A stretch of DNA of 64,000 nucleotides from Octopus sinensis (lineage: Eukaryota): NCBI RefSeq assembly GCF_006345805.1, contig NC_043016.1:25730001-25794000 (forward strand). The letters run 5' to 3'. This document shows, piece by piece, positions 36,092-48,462 of the stretch (position 1 is its first letter; each line of letters begins with the position of its first letter). Under the pieces are notes generated by a model, which was not told the DNA's origin, did not search any database, and worked only from the letters and a program-made list of their open reading frames with translations. The translations under genes and the position numbers were made by a program.

Positions 36092-36640
36092 GAGTGAGAG
36101 AGCAGTGCATGCCATCAAAGTGACACTGGGGTAAAATATACAAAGACCAGTATACCCATCATGACTACCCGTCTGATATGGGTACACTAGGCACATGCAT
36201 CACAACCATATGTGCGCGACATGGTGATCTCATATCGAGATAAACAGCACATGGCCTTGCAGGTGGGGCCAAGTTAGAATTTTCTTCTGGTCAAGTAACC
36301 CATCCTGCTCAAATGGTCCCTGAATAAGGGTTGACTAAGGATGTTGAATGAAACACCCATGTTTCCTGAGGTGAATTATTCAAACCCCAAAGAATCCCTC
36401 TCAACACATGGCTATGACGCTCCCCCACTACTTCTGCTCGTGATCAGAGATGCACATATCGTCAGTCACTAAGGAACATGCTCGACTGGTTAAGGTCAAA
36501 CAACTGACACAAGCAAATCTGTGGCATTGAGCAGAATATTTGCTGTAGCCCATCTTTTATACCAAGACAAAACAATGTACATGATAACACTTTAACACTT
36601 CCAATCAGTTAAGATCAGAAGCCATGAGAGCCACTGTCTG
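36092..36640 (-). mobile_element. Probable non-LTR retrotransposon 3' end embedded in (ATT)n (Dong/R4-like guess)
   Basis: A GC-richer 550-bp block sharply flanked by (ATT)n on both sides, with no ORF. Dong/R4 elements are known to target TAA repeats, but the clade assignment is inference only. Confidence 0.45.
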
Positions 36641-36649
36641 ATGATGATG

Positions 36650-36693
<44 letters not shown>

Positions 36694-39600
36694 TACTGCT
36701 ACTGCTGCTGCAATATTTTTTCAGGCACTTTATGTTCTGAGGTCAACTTTGCCTTTCATCCTTTCGGAGTCGATAAAATAAAGTACCAAACAAGAACTGG
36801 GGGCAGTGTTGTTGACTTTACCTCTCCTCATAAAATTGCTGTCCTTATGCCAAAATTAGTCAAAATTATTATTATTGTGAAGTTTAAAATTGTTAAAGTT
36901 GGCAAAATGAGCGAAATTAATTAAGGCATAGAAAGAAAACAATTTTCATGTTTCATGTAGAAAGGGAGAGAGAGAGAGAGACAGACAGAAAGGTCTTCTT
37001 TGAAGAAGAAGAAAAAAATGTCAATTTTAATTTTGCTTTTAAGATGGAAATTACATCCAGCATGTTAATGAGCTGAGTATGTTTGTCTATGTTTGCTTCT
37101 ATAATTAGTAGATCATTTTTCTCTTTAACCCATATATGCAACTACTTTCCTTTAATTTGTATGGAATCATTTGTTATTTAATTACTTTATAGGAAATTGA
37201 AATGTTTATATTTCCTTTTCTGTAAGTTGATGATAATCTGCCTTTGAGTTTTCATTAGATTGAATTCCAATCAAGTGTAACATTTTCAATTATTTCTTAG
37301 TAAAAGGAAATGAAGAAATCCTTATTTTCATGTGATTCAACAGTATTTTTTTAAATTTTGTAATCAGCTAAATTGTATTTCTCTTTTCCCTGTGTGTGTG
37401 TGTGTGTGATTTACAATATTCCTTTGAAGGTGCAATATGGCTGAATGGTTCAGAAGTTCGTTTGCAACTACAAGGTCCTGTGTTTGGCCCCACTGCTTAT
37501 CATCTTGGCCAATATCATTATTAAAGCCTCGGGCCCACTCACACACTGTGAATGATACTGGGTAGACAAACTATCCATAGTTCCTTGATGTGGCCCCCTT
37601 CTGCATTTAAACATCTCATTTGTACCTAACAATTTTTAGAAATAAATCCACACGCATTCATGCATATGTGTGCACACACAGTCAGATGCCTTCTTTTCTC
37701 TCTGACGCTTGAAAATTCTTCACCATCCCATTAATCTGATCAAAGTTTTCTGCCCACTTGAGAGTCCCTGTTGTGCAGATCCACACAGCTTTTACTGTTT
37801 GTATTTTCCATAGATTCAAATAAATTCTTCCAACAACCATATTATTGTCTGAGCCAATATTTGCCTCCTTAGTAAATGCAGACCTCTTGCAGGAATAAGC
37901 ATCATTTTCTATAAATGCAGATGTAATCCGTTTCAACTACCTTAGTTTTTTTTTTTGGGGGGGGGGGTTGCATCAAATTAAATAAAAACAAATTGCAGGT
38001 GCAGGTATAGCTGTGTGATAGGAAGTTTGCTTCCCAACCACATGGTTCCAGGTTCAGTCCCACTGTGTAGCACCTTGGGCAAGTGTCTTCTACTATAGCC
38101 TTGGGCCGACCAGAGTCTTGTGGGTAGATTGAAAGAATGTGTATGTGTATGCATGTGCTACTGTCTTCTTACCTTGACTTCATGTGATAGCTGTAAGCAA
38201 ATGTCATCATCATACACATGGTGTTTTTTGTTTTCAAACATCCATTGGAACATGTCTGGTCATAGAGAAATACTACCTTACTTGAAAAAAAGGCAAGTGT
38301 TGGTGACAGGAAGGGCATCCAGTTGTTGAAAATCTGTCTCAACAAATTCTCTCTGACCCATGCAAGCATGGAAAAATGGAATGTCAAGTCAATGAGGGTG
38401 AGGAAAATACCTGCCAAAGTTATTTTGAACCATCTACAGGATGTTCTGATTTAGCACTTTGAGATAGGGAGTAAGTACTTAGGCTATATCAGTACAGTCT
38501 CATGGTCCCACTTTGTCTTTTGTTAAGTTGGATGCATTCATATCTGGTAAAGACAGTTGCAGGTTGTTAAAATTTAAGTCTGGTCCGATTAAGCAGATAT
38601 GTTATCAAAGGTGTTCTAATCATGGCCATCCCATTTGGAAAATTGCCGAAACTCTTTAATTTCTTGTATGCCACACTACCACATGGGATTGGATCAATCA
38701 GCCAGTCATGAGATGCATATTATAACAAAAATATTAACCTTGTTTACATTCATTCAGGAGAAAGTGAGGAACTCATTAAAGTAAGGAGGAAAAACTCTAA
38801 TCTCTTCCCCTATCATTTCTTTTCTATAATACAATCAGTACAGGATTGTTAAGATTTAAACATAGGAGAAGGGATTTTAAGCATTCCTTGGAGGTAAACT
38901 AAAAATGAGAAATGTCTTGCATGATTTTCATTTTGAAAATATGGTATATTCTTCCATCACCATCATCATTGTTTAATGTCCATCTCTTATGTTGGATTCT
39001 GCTTTGGCATTCTTTCTAAATCTGGATACCCTTTCTGAGTCCAACTACTTAACACAATGGACCGGGTATTTTTTTCATAGCAACATCACTAGGTTAGGTT
39101 GCCAAGTAACTCAAAAGACAGGGTACTTTGACTGAATGAAATAATATCTTTCTTTGCTTAAAATGATTGAAGTGAAATTTACATTATAATGGAATATAAA
39201 TATCAAGGCTTGCTATCTCTAACTAAGCATGTAACATCAAAAGCTTTGGAACTTTTGTTTGATGCTAATTATATATGTTAATTATTTATTATATATGCTT
39301 CAGATGGAACAATAGATTATCAATAATCGGAACAGTTTAAGGTTTAACACTTCTCGTTGTTGGGACTGATGGGGAAGGAAAAAGTCATAAAAAAAAAAGG
39401 GAAGAAAATTGGAGAGAGAAAGAAAAGGGAATAGGCCTCCTCCCAAAATTTTATTGTAATCTAACTCTGCTAGGATTCCAAATGTCTTGCTGATTTGTTG
39501 TCAGACTTGTGTGACAACAGATTCTCAGAATTGGTAAACACTGATGGTTTTAATTTTTAAATGTTACCCTGCATTTGTTTTTGTTTGATTGTGTGTGTGT

Positions 39601-40444
39601 GTGAGACAGTGTTGTTGTTTTGCTTTTTTTTTCACTCTTTCTCCACCCCACTCACCTCCTCTTCCACAAACAATATATTTGATAGCGCTGGTTGTTATTT
39701 TCAGTACCGCATGGTTTTCAATGATTAATATGTCAGCAAAATTAGCTTGCTAGACACCTTTCTTTTCTTTTCTTTTCTTTTTTTTATTTATATAATTTCT
39801 TTTTAACATATTTACTCTTCCATGGATTGCTGAATCAGTAATTTTTTCCTCTTTTTTTTAGTATTATTTTTATTTCATTTTTCTTCTTTTTGTTACCCCC
39901 CCCCCTGAATCACTCATCTGTAAAAGTTGTTTCATACTCTTCAGCAACACTGCTTACCTTTTCATTCAATTTATAATAGTGCTTATACTCTACAGGTATT
40001 TAACCACTCAGGTGCCATCCTACTGTGAAGACATAATCTATTGTAACATTTAAAAATGTCATTTAATGCTATCTGTTCCTTAAGAGATAATCAGGTGAAG
40101 TGGGAATGGGTTAACTTTACAATAGTTAAACATAAATAAAAAATAAACAAAATACTATATGCCTGTCATCCACTCACCCATTCACCCCTCTGTCCATTCC
40201 TGCTTCTACCTCATCAGAACAAGAAGCACTGCTACCAAAAAAAAAAAAAAAAAGGCTGTTATTTCATCAGTTATGTATGACAAAGATATCCATTGAACTC
40301 TCTTCCGAAGTAGGGGAAATGGAAGTTGTGATGGTCATGGCCATTCCCCACCACCACCTTCACCTTATAACTTGTGAAAAATAAATTGATGGTTGCTTTC
40401 TCTCTCTCTATGTGTGTGTGTGTATAGATAGATAGATAGATAGA

Positions 40445-40793
40445 TAGATCATCATTGTTTAATGTTTGCCTTCCATGCTGGCATGGGTGGGACAGTTTGA
40501 CAAGAGCCAGTCGGGCAGAAGCCTGCACTATGCTTCTGTAACTGTTTTGGCAGGAATTTTACAGCTGTATGCCTTTGCTAACATCAACCACTCAGCAGAG
40601 TGGGCTTAGTGCATTTTATGTGCCACAAGGACACGCGAGGTCAGTTTTGGCAAGGTTTTTACAGCTGGATGTTCTTCCAAATGCCAACCACTTCACAGTG
40701 TGGACTGGGTGCTTTTAAGTGGCACCTGCACTGAGAGGGTCACCAAGTACTTGCAAGACAATGAAAGAAAACTCTTTTGAGAAGGGAGGGGGA

Positions 40794-40824
<31 letters not shown>

Positions 40825-41010
40825 ATATACAAAGTACTTGTGCCAGTACCATGTGATGGTGGTACATAAAAAGCACTATTGTACACTGTAAAGTGGTTGG
40901 CATTATAAAGGGCATCCATCCACAAAAAACTATACAGTGACAGACAACTGGAGTCTGGTCAGCTCCCATCAAACAATCTGACCTATGAAAAATGGACATT
41001 AAATGATGAT
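40445..41010. mobile_element. Head-to-head pair of family D elements around (TA)n
   Basis: Antisense tail at the left (catcattgtttaa...ccatgctggcatggg) and sense tail at the right (...atggacattaaatgatgat). Confidence 0.7.
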
Positions 41011-41724
41011 TATAAGTATATATATATATATATATATATATATTACACACACACATTGCAAAATATTGTGAAATTTTGAGAAAATATGGAATAATCTCTA
41101 GTTTGCAGTTGGGTCTGAAATTGTAAAGAGTATTAGTTTTTACTTAAGGTAAGGTTAAATCACTGTTTTGTGGGTTACGGTTGCCATTCTTTACTCTGTA
41201 CAGAGTCACTTTCATTTGGTAGTTCCAGCTATTGGCAGACAAATGGTCTTTTGGGGTTTTTTGGCAGCTATGTATGGTTTCCATTGGATGAGCTAGTATA
41301 GTTGTAGACTCATTGGACAAGGGTGTTTGGTGCTGCTGATATCTGTGCAAGAAGACAAAGGTTTGGATTCCCCCACACAAACACATTTATATGAATCTGT
41401 GTGTATACACACACACATGCATAAAAACACATACCATTCCTCCCTTAGTCTTCCCACACAGACCCATGATTTACAGCACTCTAGCCATGACCATTCCATG
41501 TATTTTTAGAGTTATGTAAGACTACATGATCTGATATGTCCTAAGATGGTAGAGGTTTCATTTGAAAGGGGATTTTTTTGTCTGCTATTTGTAGCAGGGC
41601 CATGTAAATCCTTCCTCATTTTGTGGCACCTTATATTTAGAAGAAATGCTATTTTTAAGATTTTACCCAACTTCCAGCCAGTGCTTCCATTGTTGTGAAA
41701 AGTTATATCTTCTGTCTGAAAACA

Positions 41725-42240
41725 CTGTGATCAGAATTAGGCTAAAGTGAGAAAAGTTCAGGGAGCTTATTACCTCTATTGGCTAAGAAGGAGGCTTCCT
41801 GTCTCCAAGTGGAGATTAGATTGTATGATGCATGTGTACAAACTACAATGCTGCATAGTAGTGAGATGTGGGTACTTGGATGCAGAAGACATGTAAAGGT
41901 TGAGAAAGAATGAAGCAAGCATGATCTGCTGAATGTAAAGTGCCAGTGATCATAAATTATGGAGTGTTGGGGCAGAGATGAGTGGAGACAAAAGATAGGT
42001 ATGTTGGTTAGATATAAACATATAATGTGTATGGTTGATGTTAACAGGTGGGTGAATAAGTTTTCAGGAGATTCATTTGGAAGGAGAGTATGGAAGTGGA
42101 AGATAAAGGAAAACTTGAACAAGAGTGGTGTTGGCTAATCTTGGGGTGTTGACCCTCACAGAAGAGATGACAAAGGAATGCAATAAGTGACAAGATACTG
42201 TGTGAGAGAAGACCCATTCAACCCATGCATGCATGAAAAG
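41725..42240 (+). mobile_element. Decayed RTE LINE 3' portion
   Basis: Reads KFRE/LLPLLAK...RLYDACVQTTMLHSSEMW (frameshifted). It ends in caacccatgcatgcatgaaaag, the same tail as family D. Confidence 0.8.
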
Positions 42241-42348
42241 TCATCATTATTTAACATCCATTTTCCAAACTGGCATTGGTTTGACTGTTTGACAGGAGCT
42301 GGTGAGCTGGCTAACTGTACCTTGCTCTAATGTTTGCCTTGGCATGGT

Positions 42349-42571
42349 CTTTTATTTCTTTATTGCCCACAAGGGGCTAAACAAAGAGAGGACAAACAAA
42401 GGAAGTAAGTCGATTACATTGACCCCAGTGCGTAACTAGTACTTATTGAATTGACCCCCGAAAAGATGAAAGGCTAAGTCTACCTTGGCGGAATTTGAAC
42501 TCAGAACAAAGCAGCAGACAAAATACCGCTAAGCATTTCGCCCGGCATGCTAACGTTTCTGCCAGTTTGCC
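42349..42571 (-). mobile_element. SINE family B inserted into a family D fragment
   Basis: Reverse-complement family B, flanked by ttggcatggt / ttgcatggt. Confidence 0.88.
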
Positions 42572-43650
42572 TTGCATGGTTTCTGTGGCTGGATACTCTT
42601 CCTTATGGATGTAAAAATAATGATAATGAAACTGATGTAGAATCTCCTTTGTGGGCTTCACAAATCAAATTTTTTCATACCCTGTTTGGTCAGGGTGACC
42701 TATCAATGTTGATATAATTCAGAAATCTATCAATGGTTTCACTATGAATAATTAGCCATGTTAGCTTCCAAGTAACCTGCAGATTTAGTTTGTAGCTTAG
42801 TTATGTTTTCCTAAGATTTCACTTCAACTAAAAGGGGATTTTAACTGTAAGCTTGGATTAAGCCTATCTGCTGACCTCTTATCCTCTGTTACAACCGCCC
42901 TAACAACACAGAAGTTCCATAAGTATCTGTTATCTCTGCAACATCTTTATTTTGATCTGACAGTCACGCTTTAATGTGCTACACTCATTAACTGGTGACC
43001 CGATTTTTTTTTCTAACCTGGAAATTTAGTACTTTAGCACCAAATAATATTGTCTTGAAAGAGAGGAAGGCAGGGAGAGAGAGGGCTACGCTAATAAAAT
43101 AACCAACTTAAAGAATTATTTGTACTTTGAACAAAATATAATTGGGTTTTTATCAAGATCTCTGCAATAATGTTCTTCAGAACCATAATTTTCTTAACTT
43201 TGCCAAATTTCCTTTCAAAAACCTTTAGGTTTCTTCTTTATTGGGGCATCTTCTTTTAACCTTGAGCAGTTTCAAAGGCTCAAAAAAATACCCACTTATT
43301 GAATAATGATCCTATTCTGAGATCAATTTACTTATTGATGTCATAACCCTTTGTCAATATAGCCAGCAATAAGTAAAATATCTGCTTGGCAGATTGTAAA
43401 GAAGGAATTACAAATGATCAGATATTAAAATGCTGCTAAGTTAAGCTAATTTACAAGTATACTAAACACCTTGTTTAGTTCCAAAGACCAGTCTTCGGTT
43501 TCAGTGTTTTACTCATAGGATACCTACTTAACTTGTTATTATTTATAAATAGTGAGCAGGCAGATTTATTAACATATCAAACAAAATGTGACTTTTCCAA
43601 CTTTAACCAAGGAAGTGGATGCTCAAAGCTATCTCTGTGATTTACATACG

Positions 43651-43915
43651 TGATGTTGATCGAAATCGATCAACATCAATGGAAATTGTAGCTGTGATAC
43701 CAGTGCCGGTGGCACGTAAGAGAACCATCCGAACGTTAAGAGCGCCGCCCTGACTGGCCACTGTGCCGGAGGCATGTAAAAAGCACCATCTAATCGTGGC
43801 CATTGCCAGCCTCGACTGGCCTCCGTGCCAGTGGCACGTAAAAAGCACCATCCAATTGTGGCCGTTTGCCAGCCTCGTCTGTTACGTAAATACACCCACT
43901 ACACTCTCGGTGGCT
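43651..43915 (+). mobile_element. Family D-related fragment with a ~61-bp tandem repeat (3 units)
   Basis: The gtgccrgtggcacgtaaaaagcaccatc unit repeats. CpG-rich. Confidence 0.75.
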
Positions 43916-44076
43916 GTGGCAGCCTAAAATGGCTACACCAACAGAGTTGGGTGGGGGTGAAATTAGAGGTGAATTTGTTGGTACAACTCCTATTGAAATA
44001 TAACAAGCATAATCCTTACTATTTCTAGCATACTAAGCAAGCATGTAGAGGATAGACTACCTTTGTGTTTCCTTAA

Positions 44077-44299
44077 CCCTTCCTTACCTTTCAGATTATT
44101 CTGTCAAGTGTAAGGCTAATTTATTCCCATCGTTTTGAAATTAATCATACATTATTGCAAAACTTCAAGATTATGAAGACTGGTTAGTTTATTTTCAGAA
44201 TGACATGTTAGGTAGGTGTGAGAGGCCTGATCTGGTCAGTTTGAACATAAAACAAATAGAATATTTGGGCTGGATGTGGCTGGTTTAAATGCGAAAGGG
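44077..44299 (+). mobile_element. MITE family M1, uninterrupted
   Basis: TTAA 44073-44076 CCCTT... and ...AATGCGAAAGGG TTAA 44300-44303. Confidence 0.85.
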
Positions 44300-44507
44300 T
44301 TAAAGGAAAGAGTAAGACTGGCAAAAATAATGGAAGAAATATTTTACTGAGCGAGTGAGTGTTATAAGATGAGTAAAAGATACAAAGGAAAGTTAGATGT
44401 AATGTAGAGAAAAACAACCCATGCCAGCATGGAAAATGGACATTAAACGATAGTGATTATGATAATGAGAATCAAAGACAGCCTTTTGAGCAATCTTTCT
44501 GCTAGTA

Positions 44508-44677
44508 TTCTTTTATTCTTTTACTTGTTTCAGTCATTTGACCGCGGCCATGCTGGAGCACAGCCTTAAAGGGCTTTAGTCAAACAAATCAACCTCAGGA
44601 CTAATGTTTTTAAGCCTAGTACCTTTTTGCCAAACCGCTAAGTTATAGGGACATAAACAGACACACACAGATGTATA

Positions 44678-44710
<33 letters not shown>

Positions 44711-45530
44711 CATCATTATTTAACATCTGCCTTCCATGCTGGCATGGGTGGGATGATATATATATATATATCTGCTGAGTGGTTGGTGTTAGGAAGAGCT
44801 TCCAGCTGTAAAAATTCTGCCAAAATAGTCACAGAGGTCTGGTGCAGGTTTCTGCCTGGCAGCTCCTGTCAAACCATCCCACCCATACCTGCATGGAGGG
44901 TTGGTGTTAAACAATGATGATATATAAATATATATATACACATATACTCACAAGGCTTTGGTCAGCCCAAGGTGTCATGCAGTGGGACTGAACCCAGAAC
45001 TGTGTGGTTGGGAAGCAAGCTTCTTACCACACACCCTGAAAATTTAATATATTAATATATTTATTGATCTGGTGTATCAATATATCCCAAGTGCCTTTAA
45101 AAAAAATCTTTATCTGTAACTTCCTGATCTTTTTTTTTTTTTTATTTTATAATCTTATCTTTTATGTGTTTTAGTCATTAGACTGTGGCCATACTGGGGC
45201 ACTGCCTTGATGAATTTTTAGTTGAATGAATCAACCCTAGTATGTTTTTTTTTTAGTCTGGTCCTTGTTCTGTCCATCATCTTGCCAAGCCAAGTTGCAA
45301 GGATGTAAACAAATCAACATTGGTTATCAAATGGCGGGGGATGAGCGACCACAAAGACGTACACAGATATATATGTGTGTGTGTGTGTGTGACAGGCTTC
45401 TTTCAGTTTCCCTTCTATCAAATCCATTCATATTTTTCTGGTTGGCCCGAGGCTGTAGTAGAAGACACTTGCTAAGGTGCCATGGGATAGGACTGAACCC
45501 AAAACCATGTGGTTGGGAAGCAAACTCAGA
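44508..45530. mobile_element. Cluster of family A (minus) and family D fragments
   Basis: A(-) at 44508-44672, 44946-45035 and 45155-45530; a D inverted pair at 44709-44922. Confidence 0.8.
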
Positions 45531-45699
45531 CAGGAATGTAAACAACCTAATGTTCATTCTAGTAAACCTGTAAGCTATTTCTTTCTGTTAGTTTCATTAA
45601 TTATTGTTTACTTTTGTAATGATAAAGGTTGTGGCAAGCTAGGAGAATTGTTAGATTGTTGGGAAAATACTTTGCAGTATTTCTTCTGGCTTGTCGCAT

Positions 45700-46020
45700 T
45701 CATCATCATCATCATCATCGTTTAACGTCCGCTTTCCATGCTAGCATGGGTTGGGCGATTTTTTTGACTGAGGGCTGGCGAGCCAGATGGCTGCACCAGG
45801 CTCCAATCTTGATCTGGCAGAGTTTCTACAACTGGATACCCTTCCTGTAGAAACTCTGCCAGATCAAGATTGGAGCCTGGTGCATTCCAAGTTCAAATTT
45901 TGCCAGGGTCAACTTTGCCCTTCATCCTTTTGCTGTAGATAAAAAAAATGTACCAGTCAGTTTGATTAACTTACCTTTCCCCTCTAAAATGCTGGTCCTA
46001 TGCTAAAAGTTTAGGAATAA
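45700..46020. mobile_element. Family D antisense copy with a perfect 39-bp fold-back, joined to a 5'-truncated family B
   Basis: Arms 45792-45830 and 45846-45884 are exact reverse complements. Family B motifs start at 45885. Confidence 0.85.
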
Positions 46021-46099
46021 TTTGTTGTTGTTGTTGTTATTATTATTATTATCATTATTATTATCATTATTGTTATTATTATTATTATCATTATTATTA

Positions 46100-46148
<49 letters not shown>

Positions 46149-46150
46149 TA
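46020..46150. repeat. (TTA)/(TTG)/(TCA) trinucleotide microsatellite just upstream of the Sprouty acceptor
   Basis: Direct inspection. Confidence 0.95.
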
Positions 46151-46179
46151 CATGTTAGCACTATAATTGTAACAGGCAT

Positions 46180-46211
46180 TTTAATAGGTTTTTATTTTCT
46201 TCTATTTGCAG
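46180..46211 (+). promoter_or_regulatory. 3' splice acceptor of the Sprouty coding exon
   Basis: A branch-like TTTTAAT (~46179-46185) and a polypyrimidine tract tttttattttcttctattt precede GCAG ending at 46211, 12 nt before the ATG. Sprouty genes typically have non-coding upstream exon(s). Confidence 0.75.
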
Positions 46212-46223
46212 TCAAATTCTTCC

Positions 46224-47243
46224 ATGATGGCTTCATCTGGATCTGGTCAGCGGATAACCAACCAGAACAACAGCACATCTTCCTCTTCCCATGTTACAGC
46301 AAGGCCTGGTAATGGCTTGCTTGACCATGTACACCAAACCCCAACAGCAAGCATCCCTAACAGAGAGTTCATCAGTTTGACACACTTGCGAACTGGGCCA
46401 AGACCACAAAATGAATATGTGGATTCCACCCTGTCGGCAAACAAACTACCTCCTTCACCGTCTACAGCTCCTGCCAATGTAACTGTTGTAAAACCGTTAC
46501 AAAATAAAAAGCCTCGTGCAGTAGCTGAAAGTCACTCACCACAGCCACAGAGATTTACAAATAGCTCAAATAGCAATAGCACTTCAACAGTCAGTGGTGT
46601 GAATATAAGAGTGACCAGTGGTAGTACTGGAGGCAGTGCAAATATTACTGGTTTTGCTGGTAGCAGGCAGACAACAAGGCCTATAGTAAATAATGTTGTA
46701 TTAAAACAACCAATTTCAAATCAGAACTTGAAAAAAGTTAATATAAACACACCCATTGAATTGGAGAACCCTGATGGCGCCATTCATGGAGACTCTGTTA
46801 TATGCAGCAGATGTGGAAAATGTAAATGCGCTGCATGTCGAGAGAACCGGGAACTTCCGTCCTGGTGGCTCTGTGGCAAAAAATTTGAGATCAGTGCCAA
46901 ATCTGCTGTGAATATGTGCACATGTGTGTGTTGTGTTAAAGGAATTTTTTACCACTATTCAAAGGACTACCAACAGGATTCTATGGATGGAATGTGTTCT
47001 GATGAGCCATGCGCAGGTTGCGAGCGACCACAATGCTTGAAGCGCTGGGCTTGTATGGCGTTATTATCATTATGTTTACCTTGTCTGTGCATATACTGGC
47101 CAGCCCAGTGTGCTCTGGTGTGTTGCACAGCCTGTTATAATGGTTGTACCAGCAGAGGTTGTAAATGTGCTCATGGAGAGAGCAAGATTGGTTCCACCTC
47201 TCAGACTAGGAGACTTATTGAGTCAGATGGATCAAGTGCTTAA
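46224..47243 (+). CDS. spry: Sprouty family RTK/FGF-signalling inhibitor, 339 aa, uninterrupted coding sequence
   Basis: The N-terminal ISLTHLR...QNEYVD resembles the vertebrate Spry LSLDQIR...NEYTE tyrosine motif (Tyr65). The C-terminal Cys-rich Sprouty domain reads ICSRCGKCKC...CTCVCCVKGIFYH...KRWACMALLSLCLPCLCIYWPAQC...GCKC (46800-47168). There is no EVH1 domain, so it is not SPRED-like. The track's TTG start at 46206 lies in the splice acceptor; the first ATG is at 46224 and an in-frame TAG is at 46185. Confidence 0.95.
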   Translation: MMASSGSGQRITNQNNSTSSSSHVTARPGNGLLDHVHQTPTASIPNREFISLTHLRTGPRPQNEYVDSTLSANKLPPSPSTAPANVTVVKPLQNKKPRAVAESHSPQPQRFTNSSNSNSTSTVSGVNIRVTSGSTGGSANITGFAGSRQTTRPIVNNVVLKQPISNQNLKKVNINTPIELENPDGAIHGDSVICSRCGKCKCAACRENRELPSWWLCGKKFEISAKSAVNMCTCVCCVKGIFYHYSKDYQQDSMDGMCSDEPCAGCERPQCLKRWACMALLSLCLPCLCIYWPAQCALVCCTACYNGCTSRGCKCAHGESKIGSTSQTRRLIESDGSSA

Positions 47244-48322
47244 AATTTTGTTTGTTTTTTTTTTATTTTTATTTTATTTTATTTTAAAGAGTAGTTGAAA
47301 ATGTAATGGCAGAAAGAAAGAAAGAAAGAAAGAACGAAAGAAAGAAAGAACGAACGAAAGAAAGAAAGAAAAAATCATTTTATTCTATTGAAGAATTCTG
47401 GAATCCATAGGGCAGCCATATTTGTATGTATGTGTATTCCCCATACCCCTCTAAGATTTGGACCCACCCCGATCCCCCACCCTGCCTCAGATTGCTTAAA
47501 TTGTGTAAAAAAAAAGCATGATGTTTCTGATAAGGAGGCAATGCCTTATGAATCTTCATTGAAATATCTCCGTTCCTGGAGAAAATTTAGGCAAATTATT
47601 TTTGTTTTTAAATATTTGTCTATAAAATGATTTGTCATTAGAAATGAAATGTTCATGAATTTTTCTTCATTTATTATTATTATTATTAATAATACTATTA
47701 TTATCATTATCATTATTATTTAATCTGCTATTTCTATAATTGATATATTATTACTTGTATTTTTTTTTTACTACAATCATTTTATGAATAATACTAATGT
47801 ACTTTTATAATTTTATTGCCAATATTTTAATTTTTATTATTACTATTATTATTATTATTGTTGTTGTTATTGTTATTGAAAGGGTTCTAAGTTACTTACA
47901 TTGGTCTGTCACTAAACCAAGCATTTCTTGAATATCCACTGTGAAATAGATTTTCTTTTTTTTTTTCTTTTTTTTTCAATTTATTTTTTTCAAGTTACAC
48001 ACACACACACATATATATATATATAGTGTGTGTACATCTCTCTCTTCTCTTTCTCTCTCCTCTCAACACATACACACAAATTCTTTCTCACTCTGTGCCA
48101 CCAAGATAGGGATGCTAAGCTGCATGCATACATACATACATACATACATACATACATACATACCAGTAACTCCTGATCTGAAAGACCATCATCCTCTATT
48201 TCTATTGCCCTGATGATGGTTTTATGTGTTTTACATATATTTATACATTTTTGTGTGTGTGCATATATACATACATTTATATATATATATATGCATTCAT
48301 ACACATGCATATATATGCATAT

Positions 48323-48382
<60 letters not shown>

Positions 48383-48431
48383 TACACATATATGTATACA
48401 TATTTGTATTTAAATGTGTGTGTGTGTATAT

Positions 48432-48462
<31 letters not shown>

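Noticed and set aside
37682-37936. 84-aa minus-strand ORF with non-repetitive composition
   Set aside because: No recognisable motif or convincing splice context. The length is within chance expectation.
43700-43880. CRISPR-like regularly spaced repeats (also 34064-34250)
   Set aside because: Eukaryotic context, no unique spacers and no cas genes. These are tandem repeats inside a retroposon.
46206-46223. N-terminal MQSNSS extension in the ORF track
   Set aside because: It starts at a TTG inside the splice acceptor. The first ATG is 46224. SNSS could be coding only if an upstream exon supplies a start, which I cannot see.
46022-46312. Poly-Leu ORF overlapping the Sprouty start (signal-peptide-like)
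   Set aside because: It is a translation of the (TTA)n microsatellite in a different frame.
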